From assembly GCA_038245255.1 (NCBI GenBank), contig JBBRSQ010000001.1, positions 2,335-66,334 on the forward strand: a stretch of 64,000 nt of DNA. Reading direction: 5' to 3'. Source of the DNA: Patescibacteria group bacterium. Its GTDB lineage: Bacteria; Patescibacteriota; Patescibacteriia; Patescibacteriales; UBA12465. The translations under genes and the position numbers were made by a program. Positions 38,357-48,123 of the stretch are shown here, one piece after another. Numbering within the stretch: the first letter of the stretch is position 1; the number at the start of each line of letters is the position of its first letter. The notes beneath the pieces are model-generated. The model was given only the letters and a program-made list of their open reading frames with translations. It did not search any database and was not told where the DNA came from.

Positions 38357-39214
38357 TTAATTATTTAAATATTCACGTAAAGCTTCTTCGAAGTTACGCA
38401 TTTTTTTTATTTTTAAATTTTTCAAAATTGAATACTTAGGTCGTCTAGCAGCCCGAAGTAGATTTTCGCTCCTAACAGCGCGCATCTCTACCTCAATCTT
38501 CTTATGTTGAAATAACATTTTAGCGCCGTCAAACCAGTTGCAAGGACCTTCATTTACTAAATGATAAACTCCAAAGGGTGCTTCAAGTTCCCAGAGGCGC
38601 TTTGTGGCCGCCGCTAAATCTGGAGTATAAGTAAAACAGCTAAGTTCCTCATTTACCACTGTGATATCTTTTTTTGTCTGAGCTAAATCAAACATGATAT
38701 CAAAAAAACTTGGTTTAGCGGCGGTGCTACTTCCTTTAGGACCAAACAGCTTCGAGGTTCTGATTAAGTAATAGTTCAATCCTCTTTCAGCTTGTTTTAA
38801 AATTTCTCGTTCACCCGCAAATTTGCTCTCGCCGTACTTATTAATTGGGTTGGGCGTATCATTTTCGGTAAATTCTTGTTTTTCATCTGTGCCATTAAAG
38901 ACATAATCAGTAGAATAGTGAATTAGAACTGCGCCTAAGTGTAAAGCAATATCGGCTAAAATAGCTGGTAAATCAGCATTTAATTTCAAAGCTAATTCGT
39001 ATTCTTTTTTGTCCTCACATTTATCAACGGCATTATAAGCGACCGTGTTGACTATTAGATCAGGATGGATCTCATTAATCTTCTCGGTCAAAACCGGAAA
39101 ATCTAAAACATCAAAATCTGAGCGATCCCAGGAAACCACGTTAAAATCTTCAGAAAAAGCTTTATTAAGTTGTGTGCCAAGGTTTCCTTGACCACCAAGT
39201 ATTAAAATCAGCAT
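38357..39214 (-). CDS. rmlD: dTDP-4-dehydrorhamnose reductase
   Basis: MLILILGGQGNLGTQL Rossmann motif and YxxxK motif (YGESKFAGE). Confidence 0.85.
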   Translation of the reverse strand: MLILILGGQGNLGTQLNKAFSEDFNVVSWDRSDFDVLDFPVLTEKINEIHPDLIVNTVAYNAVDKCEDKKEYELALKLNADLPAILADIALHLGAVLIHYSTDYVFNGTDEKQEFTENDTPNPINKYGESKFAGEREILKQAERGLNYYLIRTSKLFGPKGSSTAAKPSFFDIMFDLAQTKKDITVVNEELSCFTYTPDLAAATKRLWELEAPFGVYHLVNEGPCNWFDGAKMLFQHKKIEVEMRAVRSENLLRAARRPKYSILKNLKIKKMRNFEEALREYLNN

Positions 39215-39314
39215 ATTAAGTAAGTATAATTAGAAAACGAAAAATTTACAATCAATACAAAAAAAATCTTCATTCAATAAAGATTTTTTTATTTTGAAAA
39301 ACTTTTATCAATTA

Positions 39315-40604
39315 CTATTTATTAGCCCAGTCTTCTCCTTGACGAACAATTAGCTCCTTGACTCTTTCTGGTTCAGCCATTAGCTCTTTCACTATTTTTT
39401 CCATTCGCGCCCCCTGAGAACCTTTAACTAAAAGAACGTCCCCTGCCTTAATTCTGTTTTGCAAAAATTTACCCGCTTCCTCCGGTTTATCAAAGTAGAA
39501 AATATAATCATCTTCCATTCCCGCTGTCTTAGCGCCTCTAATAAAATCACGTGATTTTTCGCCAACCGCAATCAATTGATTAATTTTACTTTCAGCAATT
39601 TTACGTCCAACTAACTGATGCCCTTCCTCAGTATAACTTCCAATTTCAAGCATATCACCCATAACCGCATATTTTTGCGAATTTAGATCAACTCGGATTC
39701 GATGCAAGATATCTACGGCGGCGAGAGCGGCCTCAGGAGATGAATTATAAGTATCATCGATTATAAATGTATGTTTAATTCCCGGGAGTAAATTCATTCT
39801 CCCTTTAGGGAGACTAAAATCACTTAACGCTTTAGCAACCTCAACTAAATTAAAATCGAAATAAATCGCGACCGCGGCCGCAGCGAGAGCGGCGTAAATC
39901 GCAGTTTCCGGCATTACATTCTTCATTATTACTGGAACGATGGAATTTTTATAATTAAGTTTAAAATTAATGCCCGATAATTCGTAGCCTTCTTTAGTAA
40001 AGTTATAAATAATATCTTGAGCTTGTAAATCAGCCCCGTCTCTTAAGCCGTAAGTTAAAATTTTTGCTTGACTAACCTCACTCATTTCACGTGTATATTC
40101 ATTATCAAAATTTAAAATTGCCAAGCCTTTAGTATTAAGCTTTTCAATTAAAACTTGTTTTTCTTTCTTTATATTAACGATGCTACCAAAATATTCTAAA
40201 TGTGAATAACTTATAGCCGTCACAACGCCAACGTCTACTGGAGTAATACTCGTCAAATATTCCATATCGCCGGGCCGATCAACGCCCATCTCTAAAACTA
40301 AAACCTCGGGAAAGTTTTTATCCTTAATAATAAGTAACCCGAGGGCCCGAAAAAATATTATTAACCAACCAAAGATACTTCTGCCTGCCGACTCCGATCC
40401 AATTATAGTAAGCGGCAAACCAATTTCATTATTGTAATTCTTGATACTAGTGCGGACTCTTAACTTTTCACTCAAAACCTTAAAAATTGCTTCTTTCGCA
40501 CTACTTTTGCCGATTGAGCCCGTAATACCAATAACAATCGGCTGGTATTTTTTTAGAATCAACTTTGATAAAATTTTCAGTTTTAATTGCAATATATTTC
40601 TCAT
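39315..40604 (-). CDS. murF: UDP-N-acetylmuramoyl-tripeptide--D-alanyl-D-alanine ligase
   Basis: Mur ligase P-loop GITGSIGKSS. Sits in the dcw cluster next to ftsI. Confidence 0.85.
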   Translation of the reverse strand: MRNILQLKLKILSKLILKKYQPIVIGITGSIGKSSAKEAIFKVLSEKLRVRTSIKNYNNEIGLPLTIIGSESAGRSIFGWLIIFFRALGLLIIKDKNFPEVLVLEMGVDRPGDMEYLTSITPVDVGVVTAISYSHLEYFGSIVNIKKEKQVLIEKLNTKGLAILNFDNEYTREMSEVSQAKILTYGLRDGADLQAQDIIYNFTKEGYELSGINFKLNYKNSIVPVIMKNVMPETAIYAALAAAAVAIYFDFNLVEVAKALSDFSLPKGRMNLLPGIKHTFIIDDTYNSSPEAALAAVDILHRIRVDLNSQKYAVMGDMLEIGSYTEEGHQLVGRKIAESKINQLIAVGEKSRDFIRGAKTAGMEDDYIFYFDKPEEAGKFLQNRIKAGDVLLVKGSQGARMEKIVKELMAEPERVKELIVRQGEDWANK

Positions 40605-40605
40605 A

Positions 40606-42555
40606 CTATTTTCTTGTTTTGGGTACTTGATAATACTTCAACATAAAATCGGCAATGTCTTTCCAGAGAGGAACAACCGAACCTTCGGCATAAGTAACGT
40701 CTTTCGGACTGTCCATTTTAGTAAGCATCACAAAAACTGGATCTTCAATCGGGGCAATCCCAATAAATGTATGGATATACTCATTTTTTAAATAGCCACC
40801 ACTACTAGCAATTTGCGCCGTTCCTGTTTTTCCGCCGATGTAATAACCAGCAATATAGGCTTTACTAGAATGACCTTTTTCAACGACATTTACAAGCATG
40901 GCCGACATAGTATCCGCCGTTTTTGTCGTAATGACACGTCTAACTTGTTTTGGAACAATCTCTTCGCGACTACCATCATTTTTCACAATTGTCTTCACAA
41001 TATATGGTTTCATTAATATTCCTTTATTTGCAATCGCTTGATAAGGCATAATCATTTGCAGTGGCGTAACCGCAATGCCTTGACCGAAAGAGGCCGTGGC
41101 CGCATCTATTTCCCGAATTTTTGGTGTTAATAAATTATTCATATTTCCTGGACTCTCGGAACCAATTTCTATTCCTGACCTCTCACCGAAACCATAATTT
41201 TTAACATAGTCAGCAAAAACTTTAGGCCCGACTTGACGCATCGCGAAAATCGCCCCAGTGTTTAAGGAGTTCTGCAAAACTGTATTCATGTCGACGATTC
41301 CATGTCCACCTTTAGTGTCATAATCGGAATTGCTAATCGGCTTTGGCCAACCATTTATCATTATTCGTCCTTCGTCTTTATAAGTAGTTGCTGGACTTAC
41401 TTTATTTTGATCAATTGCAATCGACATCGTAACTATTTTAAAAACTGAACCGGGTTCATACTGATCAAAAGTCGCCGGGTTATTAAAAACCCGAATATCA
41501 CTTACATCTTTATAATTATTAGGATCAAAATCTGGCACAGAACACATGGCAATAATCGCGCCGGTTTTTGGATTTAAAATTATTACGCTGCCGCCGGTTG
41601 CGCCATGCTTTTTTACGTCTTCTTTTAATTTTTCACAAGCGACAAATTCAACATTTCGGTCAACCGTTAGAATTAAGTCAGAGCCATTTTCGGGCTTAAT
41701 ATATTCACGATCATTTACAATGACAGTATTGCTTTGCGCAGCCTTCTCAGATTTTAGAGAACCATATTTACCAAATAATTCGTCATTAAAAAATTCTTCA
41801 AGACCGTAACGCCCCTGGCCTTCTTCATCAGCATAACTAACAAAACCTAAAAGGTGCGAGCCGATTTCTTTTTCCGGATAATAACGATATGATTGAACAT
41901 CAAATCCAAAACCGGGCAATTTAAAAACTGAGCTTGAGCTAGCACTTTGTTTATAGACAATTTTCGCATCTCTGAGCTCTAAATCTTGTGGTAAAATTTG
42001 TTGAGTACTGCTTGAGGCTAAATAAGCAAATAACTTAAGCAGTCCTTCAGTATCCAATTTTTTATCTAGTGATTCATAAGGATCGCCTGGTTTATCAAGC
42101 TTCTTTAAATAATTATTAATAATTTTTTCTTTTGTACTGGTAGCGATATCGGCGACAGTTATCGCCTGAGAGCTTGAAGCTATTTCTTTGAGTAAACCTG
42201 GAGCATCAAAATACTGAAATAATTTTTCGGCGAGCTCGCTAGGATTAGTAATATCTTTAGGGACCGCATATACGGTTGCAAAATCTTTATTTGTCGCTAA
42301 GGGATAAAGCTTTTCCTGACCGTTAATTGTTTCACTTAAAAATATTTTGCCTCGCTCCGGCTTCAACTCGTTATAAACATCATGTTGAGAAGAAGCGATA
42401 GCCGTATATAAGTCAAATTGACCAATTTGAACTGAGAATAGTTTATATATCAGAGACCCAATTAATAAAAAAATAATCGCCACTACCAAACGGAGGCGAT
42501 TAACGCTGATTTTATTTACTTCCGGACGAGATTTGTTTTTTGATTCACGCCACAT
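40606..42555 (-). CDS. ftsI: class B penicillin-binding protein (FtsI/PBP2 transpeptidase)
   Basis: SxxK (SVFKIV), SxN (SNS) and KTGT motifs. Has an N-terminal TM anchor. Confidence 0.9.
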   Translation of the reverse strand: MWRESKNKSRPEVNKISVNRLRLVVAIIFLLIGSLIYKLFSVQIGQFDLYTAIASSQHDVYNELKPERGKIFLSETINGQEKLYPLATNKDFATVYAVPKDITNPSELAEKLFQYFDAPGLLKEIASSSQAITVADIATSTKEKIINNYLKKLDKPGDPYESLDKKLDTEGLLKLFAYLASSSTQQILPQDLELRDAKIVYKQSASSSSVFKLPGFGFDVQSYRYYPEKEIGSHLLGFVSYADEEGQGRYGLEEFFNDELFGKYGSLKSEKAAQSNTVIVNDREYIKPENGSDLILTVDRNVEFVACEKLKEDVKKHGATGGSVIILNPKTGAIIAMCSVPDFDPNNYKDVSDIRVFNNPATFDQYEPGSVFKIVTMSIAIDQNKVSPATTYKDEGRIMINGWPKPISNSDYDTKGGHGIVDMNTVLQNSLNTGAIFAMRQVGPKVFADYVKNYGFGERSGIEIGSESPGNMNNLLTPKIREIDAATASFGQGIAVTPLQMIMPYQAIANKGILMKPYIVKTIVKNDGSREEIVPKQVRRVITTKTADTMSAMLVNVVEKGHSSKAYIAGYYIGGKTGTAQIASSGGYLKNEYIHTFIGIAPIEDPVFVMLTKMDSPKDVTYAEGSVVPLWKDIADFMLKYYQVPKTRK

Positions 42556-42607
42556 ACAGCCTTATTAATTCAATTAACCACTGAGCCAAACCATCCGCTA
42601 GTAGTGC

Positions 42608-42949
42608 TTATTTTCGAGCGACTAGAGTTGGTGGAATACTTAAATAGTCAATTTCGCCAATAGCAACCATATTCAATTTTCCAGTTCGAGAATTCAATGA
42701 ATAATATGATTGTAAATTATTTATTGTTTCCTCACTATCAAGTTTCTCGCTCGCCAAATAATTAACTTGCGTTTTTAGTTTCTTTAATGCAAAACCTTTA
42801 ACAGTCAAATCACTAATTGTAAGCATGTAAAAAACACCAAGGACAATAACTAAAGTCGCTAAACCAAAATTTAAAAATCTTAAATTCAAACGCTTCGCTT
42901 TGCTTTCGCGACTCATCGGCGCTTGATAACAATTTATTATCTTGGTCAT
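42608..42949 (-). CDS. ftsL: FtsL-like small bitopic cell-division protein
   Basis: 113 aa with a single TM. Positioned between rsmH and ftsI. Confidence 0.5.
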   Translation of the reverse strand: MTKIINCYQAPMSRESKAKRLNLRFLNFGLATLVIVLGVFYMLTISDLTVKGFALKKLKTQVNYLASEKLDSEETINNLQSYYSLNSRTGKLNMVAIGEIDYLSIPPTLVARK

Positions 42950-42983
42950 ACTGAATTAAAAATTATCTTAATTTAAAAATTAT

Positions 42984-43871
42984 CTATATTTTTTCCGCGA
43001 CTCGGAGCTTAGCGCTACGAGCACGTGGATTTTCATTCGTTTCTTTTTCAGTCGGAATTAATGGTCTTTTTGTCAGTATTTTTATATTTATTTCTGATTT
43101 AAAGTATCTTTTTACAATTCTGTCTTCGCCACTGTGAAATGACACTACGACTAGCCTTCCCTCCGGTTTTAATAAACTAACAGCTAGTGGCAAAACTTCG
43201 CTTAAACTTATTAATTCCTCGTTTGTTTCCATTCTTAAAGCTTGGAAGACCCTCGTTGCGACGTGTATTTTAGAACCATATTTAAATGGAACTGCCTGCT
43301 CAATTACAGCTACTAAATCCCTCGTTGTTTTTATCCTCTTTATCCGTCTCTCACTAACTATCATTTTTGCAATTCGATAAGCATGTTTTTCTTCTCCGTA
43401 TTCTCTAAATATTCTGGTTAACTCGAGAAGATCATAATTGTTTACAATTTCTTCAGTTGATCTCTCATTAACGGGGCCAAAGGACATATCTAGAGGTCTT
43501 TCGCCTTTAAAAGAAAACCCGCGAACCTCATCATCAAGCTGAGCTGACGATAAGCCTAAATCAAATACAATTCCGTCAAACTTCGCTTCACTGGAGATAT
43601 TTTCGGTTATTACTGTCTGTAAATTTTTAAAGTTATCGTTAATTAAGGTAATATTTTGCAGTTTCTGTTCATTAATTAATGTCTGGGCATTTTTAATTGC
43701 GAGTTCATCTAAATCAATACCAATCACTTGCCCTGTTTTTCCTACTAAATTCGCAATTGCCAGCGTGTAGCCAGCGCCACCGAGCGTACAATCAATATAT
43801 TTATTTCCTTGTTTTGGTTTTAAATATTCTAGAACTTCATCTAACATGACCGGCGTATGCTGATAAATCAT
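42984..43871 (-). CDS. rsmH: 16S rRNA (cytosine1402-N4)-methyltransferase RsmH
   Basis: HTPVMLDEVLEYL...YIDCTLGGAGY N-terminus and SFHSGEDRIVK motif. Confidence 0.95.
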   Translation of the reverse strand: MIYQHTPVMLDEVLEYLKPKQGNKYIDCTLGGAGYTLAIANLVGKTGQVIGIDLDELAIKNAQTLINEQKLQNITLINDNFKNLQTVITENISSEAKFDGIVFDLGLSSAQLDDEVRGFSFKGERPLDMSFGPVNERSTEEIVNNYDLLELTRIFREYGEEKHAYRIAKMIVSERRIKRIKTTRDLVAVIEQAVPFKYGSKIHVATRVFQALRMETNEELISLSEVLPLAVSLLKPEGRLVVVSFHSGEDRIVKRYFKSEINIKILTKRPLIPTEKETNENPRARSAKLRVAEKI

Positions 43872-43875
43872 AGAG

Positions 43876-44340
43876 TTAAATTCCTAAATCACCCATTTCT
43901 TCGGCAATCGCATTACTATTTTTTTCACTTTCCTTTTTATATTTATTCCAAGCCGCTTCATCCCAAATCTCTAAATGATTATATAAGCCAGCAACAATTA
44001 TTTTTTTCTTAAGCCCGGAAAAATTTCGTAAATATTCCGGTAGTGTTATTCTGCCTTGGTTATCAAACTCAAGGTCCATGGCTCCAGCTAACATGTGGCG
44101 ACTAAAAGCCCGCGCCTTAGCAGAACCAATAGGTAAACTTGCAAACTTTTTAGCAATGGTTTCAAATTGATCTTTCGAATATAAAAATAAGCAATCGTCC
44201 AAACCTTTGGTAACGACTGCTCCTTTTTTTAAAATCGCTCGAAATTTAGCCGGTATAGCTAAGCGGCCTTTTTCGTCTAAGTTGTGATTGTATTCTCCAA
44301 TAAACATATATTCTTGGGAAAATATTGGTGGTGAAGACAA
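43876..44340 (-). CDS. mraZ: transcriptional regulator MraZ
   Basis: MFIGEYNHNLDEKGRLAIPAKFR and a second DxxGR repeat (EFDNQGRITLP). The true start is probably the ATG at 44307; the track start is a TTG. Confidence 0.9.
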   Translation of the reverse strand: MSSPPIFSQEYMFIGEYNHNLDEKGRLAIPAKFRAILKKGAVVTKGLDDCLFLYSKDQFETIAKKFASLPIGSAKARAFSRHMLAGAMDLEFDNQGRITLPEYLRNFSGLKKKIIVAGLYNHLEIWDEAAWNKYKKESEKNSNAIAEEMGDLGI

Positions 44341-44343
44341 GCA

Positions 44344-44373
44344 TATTCACCACCATTCCCCACAATTCACCTT
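44344..44373 (-). promoter_or_regulatory. putative MraZ operator: three 10-bp-phased GTGG(G/T) repeats between the -10 and the mraZ start
   Basis: Minus strand reads aaGGTGaatt GTGGGgaatg GTGGTgaata. Confidence 0.55.
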
Positions 44374-44382
44374 ACAAGTATT

Positions 44383-44411
44383 ATTATACACCACTTGCCC
44401 CCTCTGGTCAA
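44383..44411 (-). promoter_or_regulatory. sigma70 promoter of the mraZ (dcw) operon
   Basis: On the minus strand TTGACC (44411-44406), 17-nt spacer, TATAAT (44388-44383). Confidence 0.6.
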
Positions 44412-44446
44412 CACTATTCTTTATCCTAATGTAAGGCAAAAAATAC

Positions 44447-44478
44447 AAAAAAAGAGCACTTTTCAACAAGTGTTCTTT
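44447..44478. terminator. bidirectional Rho-independent terminator between the tsaB and mraZ operons
   Basis: A-run, 9-bp stem agagcactt/aagtgttct with loop ttcaac, then T5 run. On the minus strand it is followed by tttttttgtatttttt. Confidence 0.65.
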
Positions 44479-44534
44479 TTAAATAAAATTATTTGTCAAA
44501 AATTTCTAAAAGTTTTCAACAAGTAACGCACAGC

Positions 44535-44918
44535 CTATAATTTTGGCTTTTTTGAGATTCCAATATTCGGTTCGCGGTCATAAATCGGCTCTACGATAGA
44601 ATAACCCGAAAATTCCTTATTCTTTTTAGATGTTTTTGGCTCAGATTCAACTGGTATTTTTAAAGCATAAGCCAGGGCATTGGCTGTAATCACGCCAATT
44701 CGCAGCGAAGTAAAGCTACCTCCCTGATTAGCAACGATAATTTTTTTCAGGTCCGTCAATTTAACTTTGTTTTTAATTAATAAATTATTAATTAGTGGTA
44801 GGAGCTTTTCCGCCTGCTGGCGAACGGCCTTTATTTTTTTACTCGCTATTATTTCGCCGCCTTGCTTAAGACTAATATTAATTTCGTCTTGAAGAACTGT
44901 ATTTATGTATAATGTCAT
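44535..44918 (-). CDS. tsaB: TsaB/YeaZ-like protein, N-terminal half only (127 aa)
   Basis: MTLYINTVLQDEINISL...GGSFTSLRIGVITANALAY matches the TsaB N-terminal ASKHA-fold segment. Confidence 0.7.
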   Translation of the reverse strand: MTLYINTVLQDEINISLKQGGEIIASKKIKAVRQQAEKLLPLINNLLIKNKVKLTDLKKIIVANQGGSFTSLRIGVITANALAYALKIPVESEPKTSKKNKEFSGYSIVEPIYDREPNIGISKKPKL

Positions 44919-44919
44919 A

Positions 44920-45870
44920 TTATTTAAGAATTTTTTTTATTTGCGCTAAACTCTCAACTCTAACTAATTGCTCACGCAGTTTAGCGGCGCCGGCCATGCC
45001 TTGAGTATACCAAACTAAATGCTTACGAAATTCTATAAGTCCCCGCTTCCCTTTTTCTATTTTTTCAAGTTCGGCGTGGCGAAGAGCTATTTTAAAAATA
45101 GCCTTGGTGTTTAAATTTATCAGCCTATTTTCTTTTATTTCTTTAAACATCCACGGTCTTCCTAGAACTCCGCGGGCAAGACCAAGGCCGTCAGCGCCAG
45201 TTTCACTTAATGTTTTCTTGGCAGCTTTTAAATCATTAATTCCGCCATTAGCTAATATAACACCTTTAAAAAGAGGTCGCAGAGATTTTATAGTTTTCCA
45301 ATCCGCTGCTCCGGCAAAGCCCTGACTTAAACTCCTCCCATGGATCATAACGGCAGCCACCGGGAGATCAGAAATATTTTGTAAAAATTGCTTGGCGCTG
45401 ACAGCACCAGCTTGCGTTCTTATTTTTACTGAAACTGGTAAATCGGTATTAGCCAGAACAGCCTCAATAACCGCTCGTGAATTTTTCAAATTTTTCATTA
45501 AACCAGACCCCGCTCCTTGTTTAATTATTTTAGGAACCGGGCAGCCAAAATTAATATCAATTCCGTCTGGTTTTATTTCTCGAGTAATTATTTCCGCGGC
45601 TACAGCAAAATGTTCAGGGCAAGATCCAAATAATTGCACAACATAATATTTCTCACTCTTACGTTCATATTTTAATAAATCCAAAGTCGTGTTCTTCTTA
45701 ATGTTTTGATTATAAAAAAGAGCGGTCGCTGACGCCATCTCACTATAGACGACATCGGCTCCATACTTCTTACAAATTCGTCTAAAAGCCGAATCTGTAA
45801 ATCCAGCTAAAGGAGCAAGAGCTAGAATCGGTTTTTTTTTATTCTTAAGTTTTATCCAAAAGTTTTTCAC
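44920..45870 (-). CDS. dus: tRNA-dihydrouridine synthase
   Basis: LAPLAGFTDSAFRRICKKYGADVVYSEM and the conserved Cys in NFGCP. Confidence 0.9.
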   Translation of the reverse strand: MKNFWIKLKNKKKPILALAPLAGFTDSAFRRICKKYGADVVYSEMASATALFYNQNIKKNTTLDLLKYERKSEKYYVVQLFGSCPEHFAVAAEIITREIKPDGIDINFGCPVPKIIKQGAGSGLMKNLKNSRAVIEAVLANTDLPVSVKIRTQAGAVSAKQFLQNISDLPVAAVMIHGRSLSQGFAGAADWKTIKSLRPLFKGVILANGGINDLKAAKKTLSETGADGLGLARGVLGRPWMFKEIKENRLINLNTKAIFKIALRHAELEKIEKGKRGLIEFRKHLVWYTQGMAGAAKLREQLVRVESLAQIKKILK

Positions 45871-47285
45871 AATTTTGAAACTTTATATCCGTTTTTTATA
45901 TCTTCAATCAAATAGCCTTTTTTCTTTAACTCTTCACGAAGCCTGTCAGACTCATCCCAGTTTTTACTAGCTCTAGCCTCCTGACGGCCTTTAATTAGAG
46001 CACGAACATCTTCAGCTAATTCTTCAAACTTCAATTCTGGTAAAACTATATTTTCAGCTAATTCTAGTTTTAATCCTAGAACTTTATCAAAATCTAAAAT
46101 TGTTCTTAATTTATCAGAATTATTTATCTTCGATTTTAAAACGGCGGATACAACGGCCAAAGCTTTAGGTAAATTCAAATCATCATTAATAGCCGCGAAA
46201 AAATCTTCTTTAAATTTTAAGTCTACTTCTCCGACTTCCTTCCCTAAAGCCGCAACTTGAGAAACAAGACTATTTAAACCAGCATAAGCCTGAGCAAAAC
46301 CATCCTCACTATATTCCATTGGTTTGCGGTAATGAACTTGCAGGGCAGCAAAACGATAAGCTAAAGGGTTTATACCCTTAGCGATTAAGGCTTTATCAAG
46401 AGTTAGAAAATTATCTTCACTCTTAGCCATTTTCTTGCCCCCTTTTATATTTAAGAAAGCACCATGTAGCCAATAATTAAAAAATTTCTTCCCAGTGGCT
46501 GCCTCTGATTGGGCGATTTCATTAGTATGATGAATGTTTATATGATCAATTCCACCACAATGGATATCCAATTCTTCACCAAGATATTTCAAACTCATTG
46601 CCGAGCATTCAATATGCCAGCCCGGAAAACCGATTCCCCAAGGTGAATCCCATTCCATTTGTCTTTTAGCGACCCCTTCACTCAGCGAAGGAGAAAACTT
46701 CCATAAAGCAAAGTCAGTCGGATTTTTCTTTTCTGGATTTTTCTCAACTCGCGCCCCCTCTCTTAACTCTTCAAGGGGTAAGTGACTTAGTTTATTATAT
46801 TCTTTAACTTTTGAGGTATCAAAATATATTCCATCACTTGTTTTATAAGTATAAGCCTTAGACTCAAGCACTCTTATTAAATCAATCTGCTCAGGAATAT
46901 TTTCGCTTGCCCGGCAATACAGATTTGGCGACTCAATATTTAAAAGCTCAAGGTCTTTCTTAAACGCTACTTCATAATAAGCCGCGATTTCGAGCGCGCT
47001 CTTACCTTCTCTTTTAGCTCCAATTTCTAGTTTATCTTCGCCCATGTCCATGTCACCAGTTAAGTGACCAACGTCGGTAATATTCATGACATGAAAAACT
47101 TCATAATTATTATATTCAAGAATCCTTTTTAAGAGGTCCTCAAATAAATACGAGCGCAGATTTCCGATATGAGCATAATTATAAACTGTCGGTCCGCAGG
47201 TATAAAGTCCGACTTCCCCGGATTTAATCGGCTTGAACTCTTCCTTTTTTCTACTAAGAGTATTGTATAAAAATAGTTTATTCAT
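45867..47285 (-). CDS. cysS: cysteinyl-tRNA synthetase
   Basis: TCGPTVYNYAHIGN (HIGH motif), KMAKS (KMSKS motif) and zinc-binding Cys residues. Confidence 0.95.
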   Translation of the reverse strand: MNKLFLYNTLSRKKEEFKPIKSGEVGLYTCGPTVYNYAHIGNLRSYLFEDLLKRILEYNNYEVFHVMNITDVGHLTGDMDMGEDKLEIGAKREGKSALEIAAYYEVAFKKDLELLNIESPNLYCRASENIPEQIDLIRVLESKAYTYKTSDGIYFDTSKVKEYNKLSHLPLEELREGARVEKNPEKKNPTDFALWKFSPSLSEGVAKRQMEWDSPWGIGFPGWHIECSAMSLKYLGEELDIHCGGIDHINIHHTNEIAQSEAATGKKFFNYWLHGAFLNIKGGKKMAKSEDNFLTLDKALIAKGINPLAYRFAALQVHYRKPMEYSEDGFAQAYAGLNSLVSQVAALGKEVGEVDLKFKEDFFAAINDDLNLPKALAVVSAVLKSKINNSDKLRTILDFDKVLGLKLELAENIVLPELKFEELAEDVRALIKGRQEARASKNWDESDRLREELKKKGYLIEDIKNGYKVSKL

Positions 47286-47451
47286 ATATTTATTATCTAA
47301 TATAAGTATAAAAGAAATCCCCCTTTTTCACAAATAATACTCAAAAATAATTAATTGACAAAACTCAATAAATATTATAAATTAAAGTGTCAATTCATTT
47401 GGCAAAAATAGAACCTTAACAATTAAATTAATAACAAACAAAAACCTTAAG

Positions 47452-48123
47452 ATGAAAAAACATTTAATTTTCCTAGCAACGATTCTGCTGGCAAGTATTA
47501 ATTTGACTCTGCTAGCAAATGAATCTGTAAAATCAGATAATCTGAAAATTATTCAAAACCAAAACGGAAAATATTACATTATCCGAAGTTCTCAAGCATT
47601 TGAATCCGTAAATGGTTTTCTGCGCGTACCGATTGTTGATTCGCTCAACTACATTGACCCAGCGATTCCTCAAAATATTTGGGTTAAAGCTTATCTGGAC
47701 AAAAATATCATGTTCGAGATGCGTCATACTGCACGTAGTTTAATAATAATCGAGGACTGGCGTCTCAAGATTTTTAATCGTTTGGATTACCATTACGCCT
47801 CCTTAAATAATGACAGCCTCAAACTGCATACCGACTACAACATTTCGGGCGTAAACGATTCTCAGGCGACTAGCGGAGGCACAATTTTGCTAATCTGTAT
47901 ATTTATCGCCGGTCTAATATTTGGATCAATAATCAGTAGCCCTAGGGGTTTTAAATTAATGCTATTATTACTCGCCGGTTTAATCACAATGCTATTTTTC
48001 TACTTCTTTTTCGTCGGGACAATCTACGCTCGCTTATTCCCCCTCGTTCCGTTTATCGTCGGAAATTTAGTAATGCTCAGTATCTTAAAATTATTTCGAA
48101 CTCTAAAGAAAAACAGGTCATGA
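47452..48123 (+). CDS. hypothetical signal-peptide protein with a C-terminal TM anchor (paralog 1)
   Basis: Shares the motif VDSLNYIDPAIPQNIWVKAYL with the next gene. Has a C-terminal hydrophobic pair. Confidence 0.55.
   Translation: MKKHLIFLATILLASINLTLLANESVKSDNLKIIQNQNGKYYIIRSSQAFESVNGFLRVPIVDSLNYIDPAIPQNIWVKAYLDKNIMFEMRHTARSLIIIEDWRLKIFNRLDYHYASLNNDSLKLHTDYNISGVNDSQATSGGTILLICIFIAGLIFGSIISSPRGFKLMLLLLAGLITMLFFYFFFVGTIYARLFPLVPFIVGNLVMLSILKLFRTLKKNRS

Noticed and set aside
44458-44525. 12-nt direct repeat ttttcaacaagt (44460..44471 and 44511..44522) flanking the tsaB terminator
   Set aside because: One copy is simply the loop and 3' arm of the terminator hairpin. With only two copies of a 12-mer in an AT-rich intergenic region, it is probably coincidental.
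47355-47430. Candidate promoter for the tandem paralog genes (TTGACA at 47355 with nearby TATTAT/TAAATT hexamers; TTGGCA at 47399)
   Set aside because: The spacer lengths (12-15 or 18 nt) do not fit well, and the region is so AT-rich that -10-like hexamers are everywhere. I cannot call a specific promoter with confidence.
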